The notes below the pieces were generated by a model. The model was not told where the DNA came from. It worked only from the letters and a program-made list of their open reading frames with translations, and ran no database searches. A stretch of 64,000 nucleotides of DNA from Pseudomonadota bacterium (GTDB taxonomy: Bacteria; Pseudomonadota; Gammaproteobacteria; Burkholderiales; SG8-39). The position numbers were made by a program, and so were the translations under genes. Location: the NCBI GenBank assembly GCA_947455195.1, contig CANGMI010000009.1, positions 99,601-163,600 of the forward strand, read 5' to 3'. Positions 9,327-18,281 of the stretch are shown here, piece after piece; positions within the stretch are counted from its first letter, which is position 1; every line of letters begins with the position of its first letter.

Positions 9327-10327
9327 CTCGGCCGATCATCGTCGCCAGCAACCGTCTGCATCCCGAGGTCGCCGGTCGGCTGGCGGCCATCGGCCCGTTG
9401 CACGCCCCGGAAGGCGACCAACCCCTGTCAGCCGAGCAACAGGCTCGGCTCCTGCCCCAGGCGAGCGCCTTCATGGGCTTCATGACCGACTGCGTGGATG
9501 CTCGATGGCTGGCGGGCGCACCCTCGATGAAGATCGTGGCTGCGGCACTGAAGGGCTTCGACAGCTACGACGTCGACGCCTGCGAACGCGCTGGCGTATG
9601 GCTCTCGATCGTGCCCGACCTGCTCACCGAACCCACGGCCGAACTGGCGTTGGGCCTCGCGATCGCGCTGGGCCGGCACATTCGCGCCGGTGATGCGCAT
9701 GTCCGATCGGGCAACTTCGTCGGCTGGCGACCCGTGCTCTATGGTAGCGGCCTTGCCGGCGCGACGGTCGGCGTCGTGGGGCTCGGGGCCGTCGGTCGGG
9801 CGATCATCGATCGATTGCAGGGCTTTGGCACTCGACAGATCCTCGGGGTCGACCCGGCCAGTTCGGATGACCGTGCGAAGTCGGTCGAGCTTCACACGGC
9901 GCTCGAAGAGAGCGACTTCCTCTTTCTTGCCGCCCCCCTGACGGCAACGTCACGACATCTCGTCGACGAGAGTGCGTTGCGCCGCGCACGTCCCGGGCAA
10001 CTCATGATCAATATCGGCCGGGGCTCGGTGGTCGACGAGGAAGCCATCGCCACGGCGCTTGATCGGCAGCGATTGGCCGGCTATGCGGCGGATGTCTTCG
10101 AATTCGAGGACTGGGCGCTGCCAGACCGCCCCCGCTCGGTGTCAGCCCGACTGCGTACGCACCCGCGTACGGTGTTCACCCCACACCTGGGGTCGGGCGT
10201 TGCGAGCGTTCGACTCGCCATCGAACACCGGGCAGCCGACAACATCATCGCCGCGCTCAACGGCGAAACACCGCCGGATGCCATCAATCAGGGCCGCTTC
10301 AGACCGAGATCTTCAGCACTGACCTGA
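9323..10327 (+). CDS. ptxD: NAD-dependent phosphite dehydrogenase
   Basis: Real start MTRPIIV at 9323 (ATGA overlap). PtxD motifs ALKGFD (Lys76), VPDLLTEPTAELA, GRGSVVDE (Arg237), ADVFEFEDWA (Glu266), TPHLGS (His292); Rossmann GLGAVG. Confidence 0.93.
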   Translation: MTRPIIVASNRLHPEVAGRLAAIGPLHAPEGDQPLSAEQQARLLPQASAFMGFMTDCVDARWLAGAPSMKIVAAALKGFDSYDVDACERAGVWLSIVPDLLTEPTAELALGLAIALGRHIRAGDAHVRSGNFVGWRPVLYGSGLAGATVGVVGLGAVGRAIIDRLQGFGTRQILGVDPASSDDRAKSVELHTALEESDFLFLAAPLTATSRHLVDESALRRARPGQLMINIGRGSVVDEEAIATALDRQRLAGYAADVFEFEDWALPDRPRSVSARLRTHPRTVFTPHLGSGVASVRLAIEHRAADNIIAALNGETPPDAINQGRFRPRSSALT

Positions 10328-12068
10328 TCGCCTCCTGCAACGCCTGCGCTGGCTCCAGGGGCGCATGGACACTGCGCCATGCGACGTGGGTATCGGGCCG
10401 GACCAGAACCGCACCGCCAGCGTCGATCTGACCCAGGCGCGCCCAGGTGCCCTCGACATCCTGACAATCGCCCCGGGCGCCAATGACGACGACATCAATG
10501 GCGATGCCGGTCTTCTTCGCAGCCGCGCGCGCGGCCGGTCGCCAACGGGCTCGATTGCAGAAGAGCGTCCAAGCCCCGGGCCGCACGAGGTCGTGTGTAC
10601 CCACCCGCACGCCGTCGCGGGACAGTACCGCATGAGGTAGCCGGCTGCCAGGCCGGGTAACGGGGTGATAGATGCCCCCCATGGGATCCCGAGGGGGAAG
10701 CGCGCTGCCATCGGGCACCAGCGCGCCGTGCTCGTAGGCGTAGCCGATCTCCATATCGTGAGCCTGTGGTCCGATACGCTGGATGCGCATCGCCTCGCCG
10801 AGAATGGCACGAGCCGTAGCGCCGCCAGCCGTATCGGAGTAGAGCCGCTCGAAGGCCTTGCGGTTGGCCTCGGTCTGGCCGGGCACAAGCCCGATCGACT
10901 GATCGATGAGGCTTCTCATGCGAAAGCCGTGCAAGGCCCATTCGGCAACCCGCGCACCGACCGGCTGGCGCTCGGCCTCATAGGTATCGAGCAGCGCATC
11001 CGGTGCCTGTCCGTTGAGGACAAGCGCGAGCTTCCAGGCCAGATTGTGAACATCGCCGAATGCAGTGTTCAGACCCAGGGCGCTCACCGGCGGATGTCGA
11101 TGCGCCGCATCTCCCGCAAGCAGCACCCGGCCGAACCGGTATTTCTTCGCCACCACCCCCTGAACATCCCAGCGCCCGATCTTGCGCACCTCGGGCTGGA
11201 AGCTCTCGGGCAGGCGAAGCAGTTCGCGCATGCGCGTGACCACGTTGACCTCATCGATCTCATCGGGATCGTCCGGGGACAGTTCTCGCATGAAGACCCA
11301 CGATTCCGAGTGCCGGTCCCAGCGCGTCGGTCCGGTCTTGACCAGACCGCCGCCCGCCCACTGACCGCGCCCGTCCGGGTTGATGAAGTAGAAGATGAGT
11401 ACGCCGTCATCATCGATCCAGGGCGAAAGATCGCCGACGAAATAGGTGTTGACCATCTTGCGCAGATGACGCGGGCCTTCCATCTCGGTACCCAGTGCGC
11501 GCCCCACCGTCTTGCCACCATCGGCGCCGATGAGATAGCGCGACCGCACCGTGTAGTCCTCGCCCGTGTCGTGGTCACGAATGCGTGAGGTAACGCCCGT
11601 ATCGTCCTGCTCGAAGCTGAGCAATTCGTGGTGAAAGCGCGTGCTGCCCGGTGCGCGCTCTTCGGCAACCTGACGCAACAGCGGTTCGAGTTGCATGAGG
11701 GGCAGGTTGGTGGCCCGACAGGCGCTGTCGGCCTCGTAACGCGCCTTGAGTGCGCCACCGCCATAGCCATCGAGATTGCCGATCAGCCGTCGATCGAGTG
11801 GTCCGTCACCCCCGAGCGAAGTCCGGAAGGAAATCCGCTCCATGCCGGCGGTGGGCGTGCCCTGCCGATAGACTTCGTCGGCCAGACCGTGCTGCCTGAA
11901 GATCTCGAGCGTTCGGGTATTGAGGATGTGTGCCCGTGGGTGGTCGGTCGTTTCCGCGTGACGCTCGACCGCAAGGTTGTGCACGCCGAGATCGGCAAGC
12001 AGTATCGACAGACCCAGCCCGCAGCCACCGCCGCCGCAGATGAGTACCGGAACGTCAATCTTTTTCAT
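10299..12068 (-). CDS. FAD-dependent aromatic monooxygenase (PheA/TfdB phenol 2-monooxygenase family)
   Basis: GGGGCG Rossmann, ADGG, GDAAHRHPP-GLNT-D-NLAWKL, C-terminal LVRPD domain; start MKKIDV at 12068 with GGAGA SD. Confidence 0.9.
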   Translation of the reverse strand: MKKIDVPVLICGGGGCGLGLSILLADLGVHNLAVERHAETTDHPRAHILNTRTLEIFRQHGLADEVYRQGTPTAGMERISFRTSLGGDGPLDRRLIGNLDGYGGGALKARYEADSACRATNLPLMQLEPLLRQVAEERAPGSTRFHHELLSFEQDDTGVTSRIRDHDTGEDYTVRSRYLIGADGGKTVGRALGTEMEGPRHLRKMVNTYFVGDLSPWIDDDGVLIFYFINPDGRGQWAGGGLVKTGPTRWDRHSESWVFMRELSPDDPDEIDEVNVVTRMRELLRLPESFQPEVRKIGRWDVQGVVAKKYRFGRVLLAGDAAHRHPPVSALGLNTAFGDVHNLAWKLALVLNGQAPDALLDTYEAERQPVGARVAEWALHGFRMRSLIDQSIGLVPGQTEANRKAFERLYSDTAGGATARAILGEAMRIQRIGPQAHDMEIGYAYEHGALVPDGSALPPRDPMGGIYHPVTRPGSRLPHAVLSRDGVRVGTHDLVRPGAWTLFCNRARWRPAARAAAKKTGIAIDVVVIGARGDCQDVEGTWARLGQIDAGGAVLVRPDTHVAWRSVHAPLEPAQALQEAIRSVLKISV

Positions 12069-12176
12069 GGTCTTCTCCAGGCCGAGAGGCGACCCGCAGA
12101 GGCGGGCGAATTGCGGGAATCGATGGGTAGGCACGCTAGCACGCGCTCCGGCTCGCCGATCGCCCCACGCTGATAC

Positions 12177-12193
12177 CGTTCCACCTGGTGAAA
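12177..12193 (-). promoter_or_regulatory. Putative IclR/MhpR-type operator (copy 1)
   Basis: TTTCACCAGGTGGAACG on the - strand, 108 nt before the monooxygenase ATG; 16/17 identical to the copy at 13178-13194. Confidence 0.7.
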
Positions 12194-12280
12194 TGAGCTG
12201 TGACGTAAGCGCAGCTCGACTCCAATCGCCGCACTGGATCAGCCTGTCTGGTTCCTTTCGATTCGATTCGCTCGGTCTGC

Positions 12281-13132
12281 TCAGCTCGGGCTCGCGCCCG
12301 GCGCGGGCCGGGGCGCGCGTCGACGTTTCACCGGCACCGGCGGCCCGTCTGCAGCGGCCGCCGCAATATCGACGGCGGTTCGCTGCAGCAGGGCCAGATA
12401 GCGTCGGGCGGTCTCTGCCTCGGTATCGAAACGCCTGGGCCAGACGATGTTGATGCAGGCAAGGACCGCGGTGCCCGACATCACCGGCACCGCGATCGCC
12501 GCCAGACGGTCGTCCTCTTCATCGCTCACCCAACCCAGCCCGCCGAATCGCAGATCGCGCACGCCGTACCCGCGCTCGCGGGTCTGCGCCAGCACCCGCT
12601 CGATGGCACGCCCTTCGAGCACGCTTGCGTTGGGATATCGGGCAGGATGTCGGCGCAGGTGCGCAAGGATGCGCTCGCGCTCGGCCTCCGGACAGAAGGC
12701 CAGGTAGGCGCGCCCCACGGCCGACACCAGCATGTCGATGCGAAAACCGATGGCATCGCGGTGCAGCGCAAGAGAGCTTTCGCGTCGGCTGGTCTCGATG
12801 AGTTTCATGACATGGCCCTGACGCACCGTGAGGTCAGAGGGCCATACCACCCGACGGCGCAGCAACGTGAGATGCGCTGCAGCGCGCTCGGCCAGTTGCA
12901 GCTGCTTGTGATCGACGAGCACGGGTCTGTCAAGCGACACGCGTGCCCGGTAGCGGCCGTCGGCCATGGCGCGCCAGACCATGCGCTCGGTCTCGAGCGT
13001 GGCCAGCAACCGCAGCAGCGTCGGCTTTGGAATGGCGGTATCGGCATGAAGTTCGGCCAGCGAGCTGCCAGGCCGCTTTTCCAGGGCACGCAGCAGTTCA
13101 GCCGCCCGCTGCAGGACTCGAATCGGTTTCAA
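12281..13132 (-). CDS. IclR-family transcriptional regulator (MhpR-like)
   Basis: N-terminal HTH (IPKPTLLRLLATL), SAVGRAYLAFCP, RERGYG, AIAVPV. Start reassigned to TTG 13132, which has an AGGAGA SD 8 nt upstream. Confidence 0.9.
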   Translation of the reverse strand: MKPIRVLQRAAELLRALEKRPGSSLAELHADTAIPKPTLLRLLATLETERMVWRAMADGRYRARVSLDRPVLVDHKQLQLAERAAAHLTLLRRRVVWPSDLTVRQGHVMKLIETSRRESSLALHRDAIGFRIDMLVSAVGRAYLAFCPEAERERILAHLRRHPARYPNASVLEGRAIERVLAQTRERGYGVRDLRFGGLGWVSDEEDDRLAAIAVPVMSGTAVLACINIVWPRRFDTEAETARRYLALLQRTAVDIAAAAADGPPVPVKRRRAPRPAPGASPS

Positions 13133-13177
13133 GGGGTGTGTCTCCTGCAGGAAAACCCTTGGCAGCCCCGCATGGAG

Positions 13178-13194
13178 TTTCACAAGGTGGAACG
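13178..13194 (+). promoter_or_regulatory. Putative IclR/MhpR-type operator (copy 2)
   Basis: TTTCACAAGGTGGAACG, 109 nt before the sulfatase ATG and 45 nt upstream of the divergent regulator start. Confidence 0.7.
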
Positions 13195-13303
13195 AGATGA
13201 TGGCACCATTTCCCTCCGGGTTCATCGGATGCACAATCGGGAGTCGCGCGAAAGAGCCCGGCACGGCGCCGCCCGAACGATCGTTCCCGATGAGCAAGGA
13301 CGC

Positions 13304-14881
13304 ATGTCTACCGTAAAGAACATTCTCTTCATCATGTGCGACCAGTTGCGGGCAGACCATCTGTCCTGCTACGGGCACAAGCGCATCTCCACACCGGCCA
13401 TCGATGCCCTCGCGGCGCGCGGAACCCGATTCACGCGCGCCTATGTCCAGGCACCGGTCTGCGGCCCATCCCGCATGTCGTACTACACCGGGCGCTACAC
13501 GCTATCGCACGGCGCCACCTGGAACTTCGTGCCGCTGCCCGTGGGCGAGCGCACGCTCGGCGACTACTTGCGCCCCGCCGGGGTACGTACCGCAGTGGTG
13601 GGCAAGACCCATCACGAACCCGACGTCGAGGGCATGAAGTGGCTGGGCCTCTCGCCCACCGAGGGGGTGGGTCGACTGATCGCCACCGGCGGGTTCGAGG
13701 ACTACTGGCGTGATGATGGCATTCACCCCGACGCGCACACCCCGCACGACCTCGCCTACAACCAGTACCTGCGCGCCAACGGGTTTGACGGCACCAATCC
13801 ATGGCACGAGTGGGCCAACGCAGGCATCGACGAGGCCGGACAACTGGCCAGCGGCTGGCTCATCCGCAATTCGCACCGGCCGGCCCGCCTGCCGGAAGCA
13901 TTCTCCGAGACCGCCTACACCGCGAAGCGCGCCATCGAATTCATCACCGAGCAAGGTGAGAAGCCCTGGTGCCTGCACATGTCCTTCATCAAGCCGCACT
14001 GGCCCTACATCGCATCGGCCCCTTATCACGACCTCTTCGGACGCGAGGATGCACAGGCGCCCGTGCGCTCCGAGGCCGAGCGCAGCGACGCTGCCAACCC
14101 GATCTTTCGCGGTTTCCAGGAGCACCCCGAGTCGGTCGCCTTCTCGAAGGACGAAGTGCGCCTGAACATGCAGCCCACCTACATGGGGCTGGTCAAGCAG
14201 ATCGATGACCATCTCGGGCGTGTCATGGCCTTTCTCGAGAAGGCCGGGCGACTGGATGACACGATGATCGTGTTCACCGCCGATCATGGCGACTATCAGG
14301 GCGACCACTGGCAAGGCGAGAAGGAGTTCATGTACGAGCAGGGCGTGCGCGTGCCCTTCATCGTCGTCGATCCGAGCCCCGAAGCGAAACGCGGCGCCGT
14401 CTGCAATGCGCTGGTGGAGGCGATCGACCTCGTACCGACCTTCATGGATGCGCTGGGTCTGGCCATCCCGACGCACATCATCGAGGGTCGCTCGATCCTG
14501 CCACTGCTGCATGGCACGGCCGACACGGTGCGCGAAGCCGCCTTCGCCGAACTCGATTTCGCGATCTACCCCACGGCCCGCAAGCTCGGTCTGAAGCCGC
14601 GCGAAGCGCGCATGGTGATGTGCTGCACCGAGCGCTGGAAACTCGTGCACTTCGGGCGCGACTTTCCGCCGCAACTCTTCGATCTGCAGGAAGACCCGCT
14701 CGAGCTCGTCGACCGGGGCCGAGACGCGGGCGACCGGTACCGGCGCGCGCGTGACGAGCATTACCATCTGCTCTTCGACTGGATGCGTGAGCGGCGCAAC
14801 CGCATCGGCATGACCGACGAGGCGGTGGCGCGACGCCCGAGCCCGGCCGCAGCGGGTGGCGTGACCATCGGGGTCTGGTAG
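13304..14881 (+). CDS. Formylglycine-type sulfatase / phosphonate monoester hydrolase family (alkaline phosphatase superfamily)
   Basis: KNILFIMCDQLR, CGPSRxxxxTGR FGly motif, GKTH, KPHWP, ADHG; no signal peptide; start MSTVK at 13304 with AAGGA SD. Confidence 0.9.
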   Translation: MSTVKNILFIMCDQLRADHLSCYGHKRISTPAIDALAARGTRFTRAYVQAPVCGPSRMSYYTGRYTLSHGATWNFVPLPVGERTLGDYLRPAGVRTAVVGKTHHEPDVEGMKWLGLSPTEGVGRLIATGGFEDYWRDDGIHPDAHTPHDLAYNQYLRANGFDGTNPWHEWANAGIDEAGQLASGWLIRNSHRPARLPEAFSETAYTAKRAIEFITEQGEKPWCLHMSFIKPHWPYIASAPYHDLFGREDAQAPVRSEAERSDAANPIFRGFQEHPESVAFSKDEVRLNMQPTYMGLVKQIDDHLGRVMAFLEKAGRLDDTMIVFTADHGDYQGDHWQGEKEFMYEQGVRVPFIVVDPSPEAKRGAVCNALVEAIDLVPTFMDALGLAIPTHIIEGRSILPLLHGTADTVREAAFAELDFAIYPTARKLGLKPREARMVMCCTERWKLVHFGRDFPPQLFDLQEDPLELVDRGRDAGDRYRRARDEHYHLLFDWMRERRNRIGMTDEAVARRPSPAAAGGVTIGVW

Positions 14882-14899
14882 ACGAGGGAGTCCGTTCGC

Positions 14900-15922
14900 A
14901 TGTTCCTGCGCAACGAATGGTATGTGGCAGGACTGAGCCACGAGTTCGTCGAGCGTCCGCGCCAGCGCTGGCTGCTGGGCGAGCCCTTCGTCCTCTACCG
15001 CACCGCCTCCGGGCGTGCGGTCGTTCTCGAGGACCGCTGCCCGCATCGTGGCGCACCGCTTTCCTCCGGTGAAGTCTGCGGCGAGTCGATCGCCTGCGGT
15101 TATCATGGTTTTACCTTCGACCCCGAGGGCATCTGCACGCACGTGCCGGGCATGCAGACCATTCCCCGCGAGGCTCGTGTGCGCGCCTGTCCGGTGGTGG
15201 AACGATGGGGCTGGGTCTTCGTGTGGATGGGAGCGCATCACGAGGTCGACCTCACGCGCCTGCCCGACTATCACTGGCTGACCGAGCCAGGCTGGGAGGG
15301 CCGCAGCGAATACCTGTCGGTGAAGGCGAATTACGGGCTGGTGCGTGACAACCTCCTCGACCTCACCCATGCACGTTACGTGCACCGCAAGACGCTGGGC
15401 ACGGCGGCGGTGACCGACCACCCCATCAACACCGAAGCCCACGGGTGCGGTGTGCGCGTGACCCGCGAGATGCCCGGCATCGAGCCCTCCCCCTTTTTCA
15501 GACTCATGGGTGGATTCACCGGACTCGTCGACCACCGTCAGCAGATCGACTTCACCCCACCCTGCCATGTCGTGATCAACACCCGGGTGCGTTCCACGGC
15601 AGGGAGCGCCGAGAACCGCTCGGCCGAATTCCATGTCCTGAACGCGCTCACGCCCGAGACCGAACGCTCGACCCACTACTTCTGGGGTCTGGTGCGCAAC
15701 TTCGCGCTGGGCGATGACACCGTGACCGAGACGCAGCAAAGGCTCAATCGCGAGACCTTCCTCGAGGATCTGTCGATCCTCGAGCAGCAGCAGGTGCTCC
15801 TCGACTGCAAGCCCGATGGCTGGCGGCCGATCGCGACACGAAACGATGGCGGATGCGTTCAGGCCGAGCGCCTGATGAACCGCCTGCTCGAAGCAGAAGT
15901 CCCCATGAGGAAAGTGCAATGA
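14900..15922 (+). CDS. Rieske non-heme iron oxygenase (VanA/TsaM-like)
   Basis: MFLRNEWYVA, CPHR...CGYHG Rieske motif, DNLLDLTHARYVH iron site, TPET-THYFW. Confidence 0.92.
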   Translation: MFLRNEWYVAGLSHEFVERPRQRWLLGEPFVLYRTASGRAVVLEDRCPHRGAPLSSGEVCGESIACGYHGFTFDPEGICTHVPGMQTIPREARVRACPVVERWGWVFVWMGAHHEVDLTRLPDYHWLTEPGWEGRSEYLSVKANYGLVRDNLLDLTHARYVHRKTLGTAAVTDHPINTEAHGCGVRVTREMPGIEPSPFFRLMGGFTGLVDHRQQIDFTPPCHVVINTRVRSTAGSAENRSAEFHVLNALTPETERSTHYFWGLVRNFALGDDTVTETQQRLNRETFLEDLSILEQQQVLLDCKPDGWRPIATRNDGGCVQAERLMNRLLEAEVPMRKVQ

Positions 15923-16983
15923 ACGCAGGTTCGATCTGTGCCGCAGGGCATGTCCATTTCGTAGGCAGCGTACCGCTGGCCGATGCCACGGCGGTGATGA
16001 GCACGCTGGGACGCAACTTCGGCGCGGCGCTGCGCCGCATCCCCGATGGCGAAACGGGTGAACGAACCAACTGGCTGCAGTTCCAGGAGGGCGTCTTCGA
16101 GCGCATGCCCGAACTCGAAAAGGTGGAAGGCGACTTTGACTGGCGCAACCCGACCGCGAAGAAGGCCGCGAGCGCGCAATTCCGGCTGAGGCCGGGCGCA
16201 TCGATCAAGGCCTCGTCCTTCGGCGCACTCGGCTTCGCCCATAGCGCGATCGCCTCCTGGGCTGACTTCAAGGCACTGCGGGCTGCCGGCGCAATCGAAC
16301 CGGGCGTGCGCTTCATGGTGGCCCTGCCCTCGCCCTACAACGTGATTTCATGGGGCATCGCACCCGACTCGCGCGTCGCGGTTGAAATTGCCTACGAGGC
16401 CCGCGTGCTCGAGGAACTGGCCGAGATCTGCGCGGCAGTGCCACACGCCGACCTTTCCATCCAGTGGGACTGCGCCCATGACATGCAGGCCTACGATGGC
16501 GCTCGAACCCCCTGGTTCACACCGGCCCGCGAGGGCATCGTTGATCGCCTGGTGCGCCTGGGCAACCGCGTGCCCGCGGCAGTCGAACTCGGTTACCACC
16601 TCTGCTACGGCAGTTTCGGGGGCCGACACTTCGTCGAACCGAAGGATGCCGGCGCCATGACCGATCTCACCAACGGTTTGATGGCCCGAATCGGACGTAG
16701 CGTGCAGTTCATGCACATGCCCGTGCCCGCCGAGCGGGATGACGATGCGTTCTACGCGCCGCTGTCGGGCTTGAAACTGCGCCCCGAAACCGAGCTCTAT
16801 CTCGGCCTGGTGCACGATACGGACGGCACCGAAGGCACCCTGCGGCGGATCGCGACGGCACGCCGTCATGTGAACGACTTCGGCGTCGCGACCGAATGCG
16901 GTTTTGGGCGCCGGCCCGCGGAATCGGTACCGGCACTCATCGACCTTCACACGAAGATCCTTTCGCGCACTCGACAAGGTTAA
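15919..16983 (+). CDS. Cobalamin-independent methionine synthase catalytic-domain-like (URO-D/MetE barrel) protein
   Basis: HFVGSVP, DGETGER, QWD, YHLCYG and TECGFGR (putative Zn ligands H-x-C...C); ATGA overlap with the Rieske gene. Confidence 0.75.
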   Translation: MNAGSICAAGHVHFVGSVPLADATAVMSTLGRNFGAALRRIPDGETGERTNWLQFQEGVFERMPELEKVEGDFDWRNPTAKKAASAQFRLRPGASIKASSFGALGFAHSAIASWADFKALRAAGAIEPGVRFMVALPSPYNVISWGIAPDSRVAVEIAYEARVLEELAEICAAVPHADLSIQWDCAHDMQAYDGARTPWFTPAREGIVDRLVRLGNRVPAAVELGYHLCYGSFGGRHFVEPKDAGAMTDLTNGLMARIGRSVQFMHMPVPAERDDDAFYAPLSGLKLRPETELYLGLVHDTDGTEGTLRRIATARRHVNDFGVATECGFGRRPAESVPALIDLHTKILSRTRQG

Positions 16984-17063
16984 TATCGATCGGTATCGAA
17001 GTAGTCCCGAGCGCAACGCCGCAACCTGACATGACGGCGAAATCTCGAACACGAGGAGACAAG

Positions 17064-18053
17064 ATGCATCAACGTATCGGACACAGCACGGTGGCGCTGG
17101 CGATCGCAGTGGGCGCTGCAGGGTTTGCGGCAATCGCGCCCTCGCAAGCCTTCGCGCAGGCCTACCCGAACAAACCCATCCGCATCGTCACCGGCTTCGC
17201 ACCGGGCGCCCCGGGCGAATTCGTCATTCGGCTGGTTGCCGACAAGGTTTTCGCATCTTCGAAACAGGCCCTGGTGATCGAGAACCGGCCAGGGGCGAGC
17301 GGCAACATCGCGACCGAAATCGTTGCCCGCGCCGCCCCGGACGGTTACACGCTCTTTGTCGGACCAGACACCGTGGTAACCGTGAACCCACATATCTTCC
17401 GGAAGATGCCGATCAATCCGGCTGACGATCTCGTGCCTGTGACTTACCTGACCAGCACCTCGCAGACGATGGTGTGCAACCCGACCGTACCCGCGTCGAG
17501 CCTCACCGAGTACATCAACCTGGCGAAGACCCGATCGCTCAATTACGCCTCGGGTGGCACTGGGGTACCGGGCCATCTGGCGATGGAACTCTTCATGTCG
17601 ATGACCGGCACCACGATGACCCATGTGCCCTACAAGGGCCCGGCACCCGCCATGCAGGACGTGATGGCGGGTGTGCTGCCCTGCGGCTTTCTCGCCACCT
17701 CGGTCGTGGTGCCACAGGTGAAGGCAGGCAAACTCAAGGCCTTCGCGGTATCCAGTGCGAGCCGCTCGGTGATGGCGCCCGACATCCCCACCGCGCAGGA
17801 GGCCGGCGTCGCCGGGTATGACGCCACCTTTGGCGAATTCATGCTGGCCCCCAAGGGCACGCCCGTGGCCATCATGCGACAGTGGCAGGAGGAAATCAGC
17901 CGTGCATTCCAGGACCCGACGGTGCGCGAGCGCATGATCGCCAACGACCTGCCCCCGCTGGCCAGTACCGCTGCCGACTCGCTCGCGCGAACCCGTACCG
18001 AATCGGCACGCTGGGCCAGGGTGGTGGAGCAGGTGAAGCTGCAGGTCGACTGA
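17064..18053 (+). CDS. Bug/TctC substrate-binding protein
   Basis: GAGGAG SD, signal peptide, YPNKPIRIV, ENRPGASG, PDGYT, HVPYKG. Confidence 0.93.
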   Translation: MHQRIGHSTVALAIAVGAAGFAAIAPSQAFAQAYPNKPIRIVTGFAPGAPGEFVIRLVADKVFASSKQALVIENRPGASGNIATEIVARAAPDGYTLFVGPDTVVTVNPHIFRKMPINPADDLVPVTYLTSTSQTMVCNPTVPASSLTEYINLAKTRSLNYASGGTGVPGHLAMELFMSMTGTTMTHVPYKGPAPAMQDVMAGVLPCGFLATSVVVPQVKAGKLKAFAVSSASRSVMAPDIPTAQEAGVAGYDATFGEFMLAPKGTPVAIMRQWQEEISRAFQDPTVRERMIANDLPPLASTAADSLARTRTESARWARVVEQVKLQVD

Positions 18054-18281
18054 CCCGACCCTTCCCCCCGGGCTGGCAGGTGGCGTTCCGGCATCCGGGC
18101 CGGAGCCACCCTGCCCCAGGCGCAAGCCCGATCGACGCCCGGTTTCAGCGCGAGCGGCGCCAGGCCACCGGAAAGCAGCGATCGTCATCGGGTATGGCGC
18201 CCAACGCGGCCTGACGGATCTCGCCTGCATGAAGCTCGTAGATCCGGCGCAGACGCGGCAGCGACAGATGCGCCGACCCGG

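Noticed and set aside
12647-13303. 744-aa sulfatase with long N-terminal extension
   Set aside because: The extension is antisense to the IclR gene; the family N-terminus and SD are at 13304.
13502-16201. 899-aa antisense ORF (likewise 1095-3002, 40268-42013, 45632-47236, 51964-53802)
   Set aside because: Shadow ORFs opposite well-supported genes, expected at high GC; no motifs.
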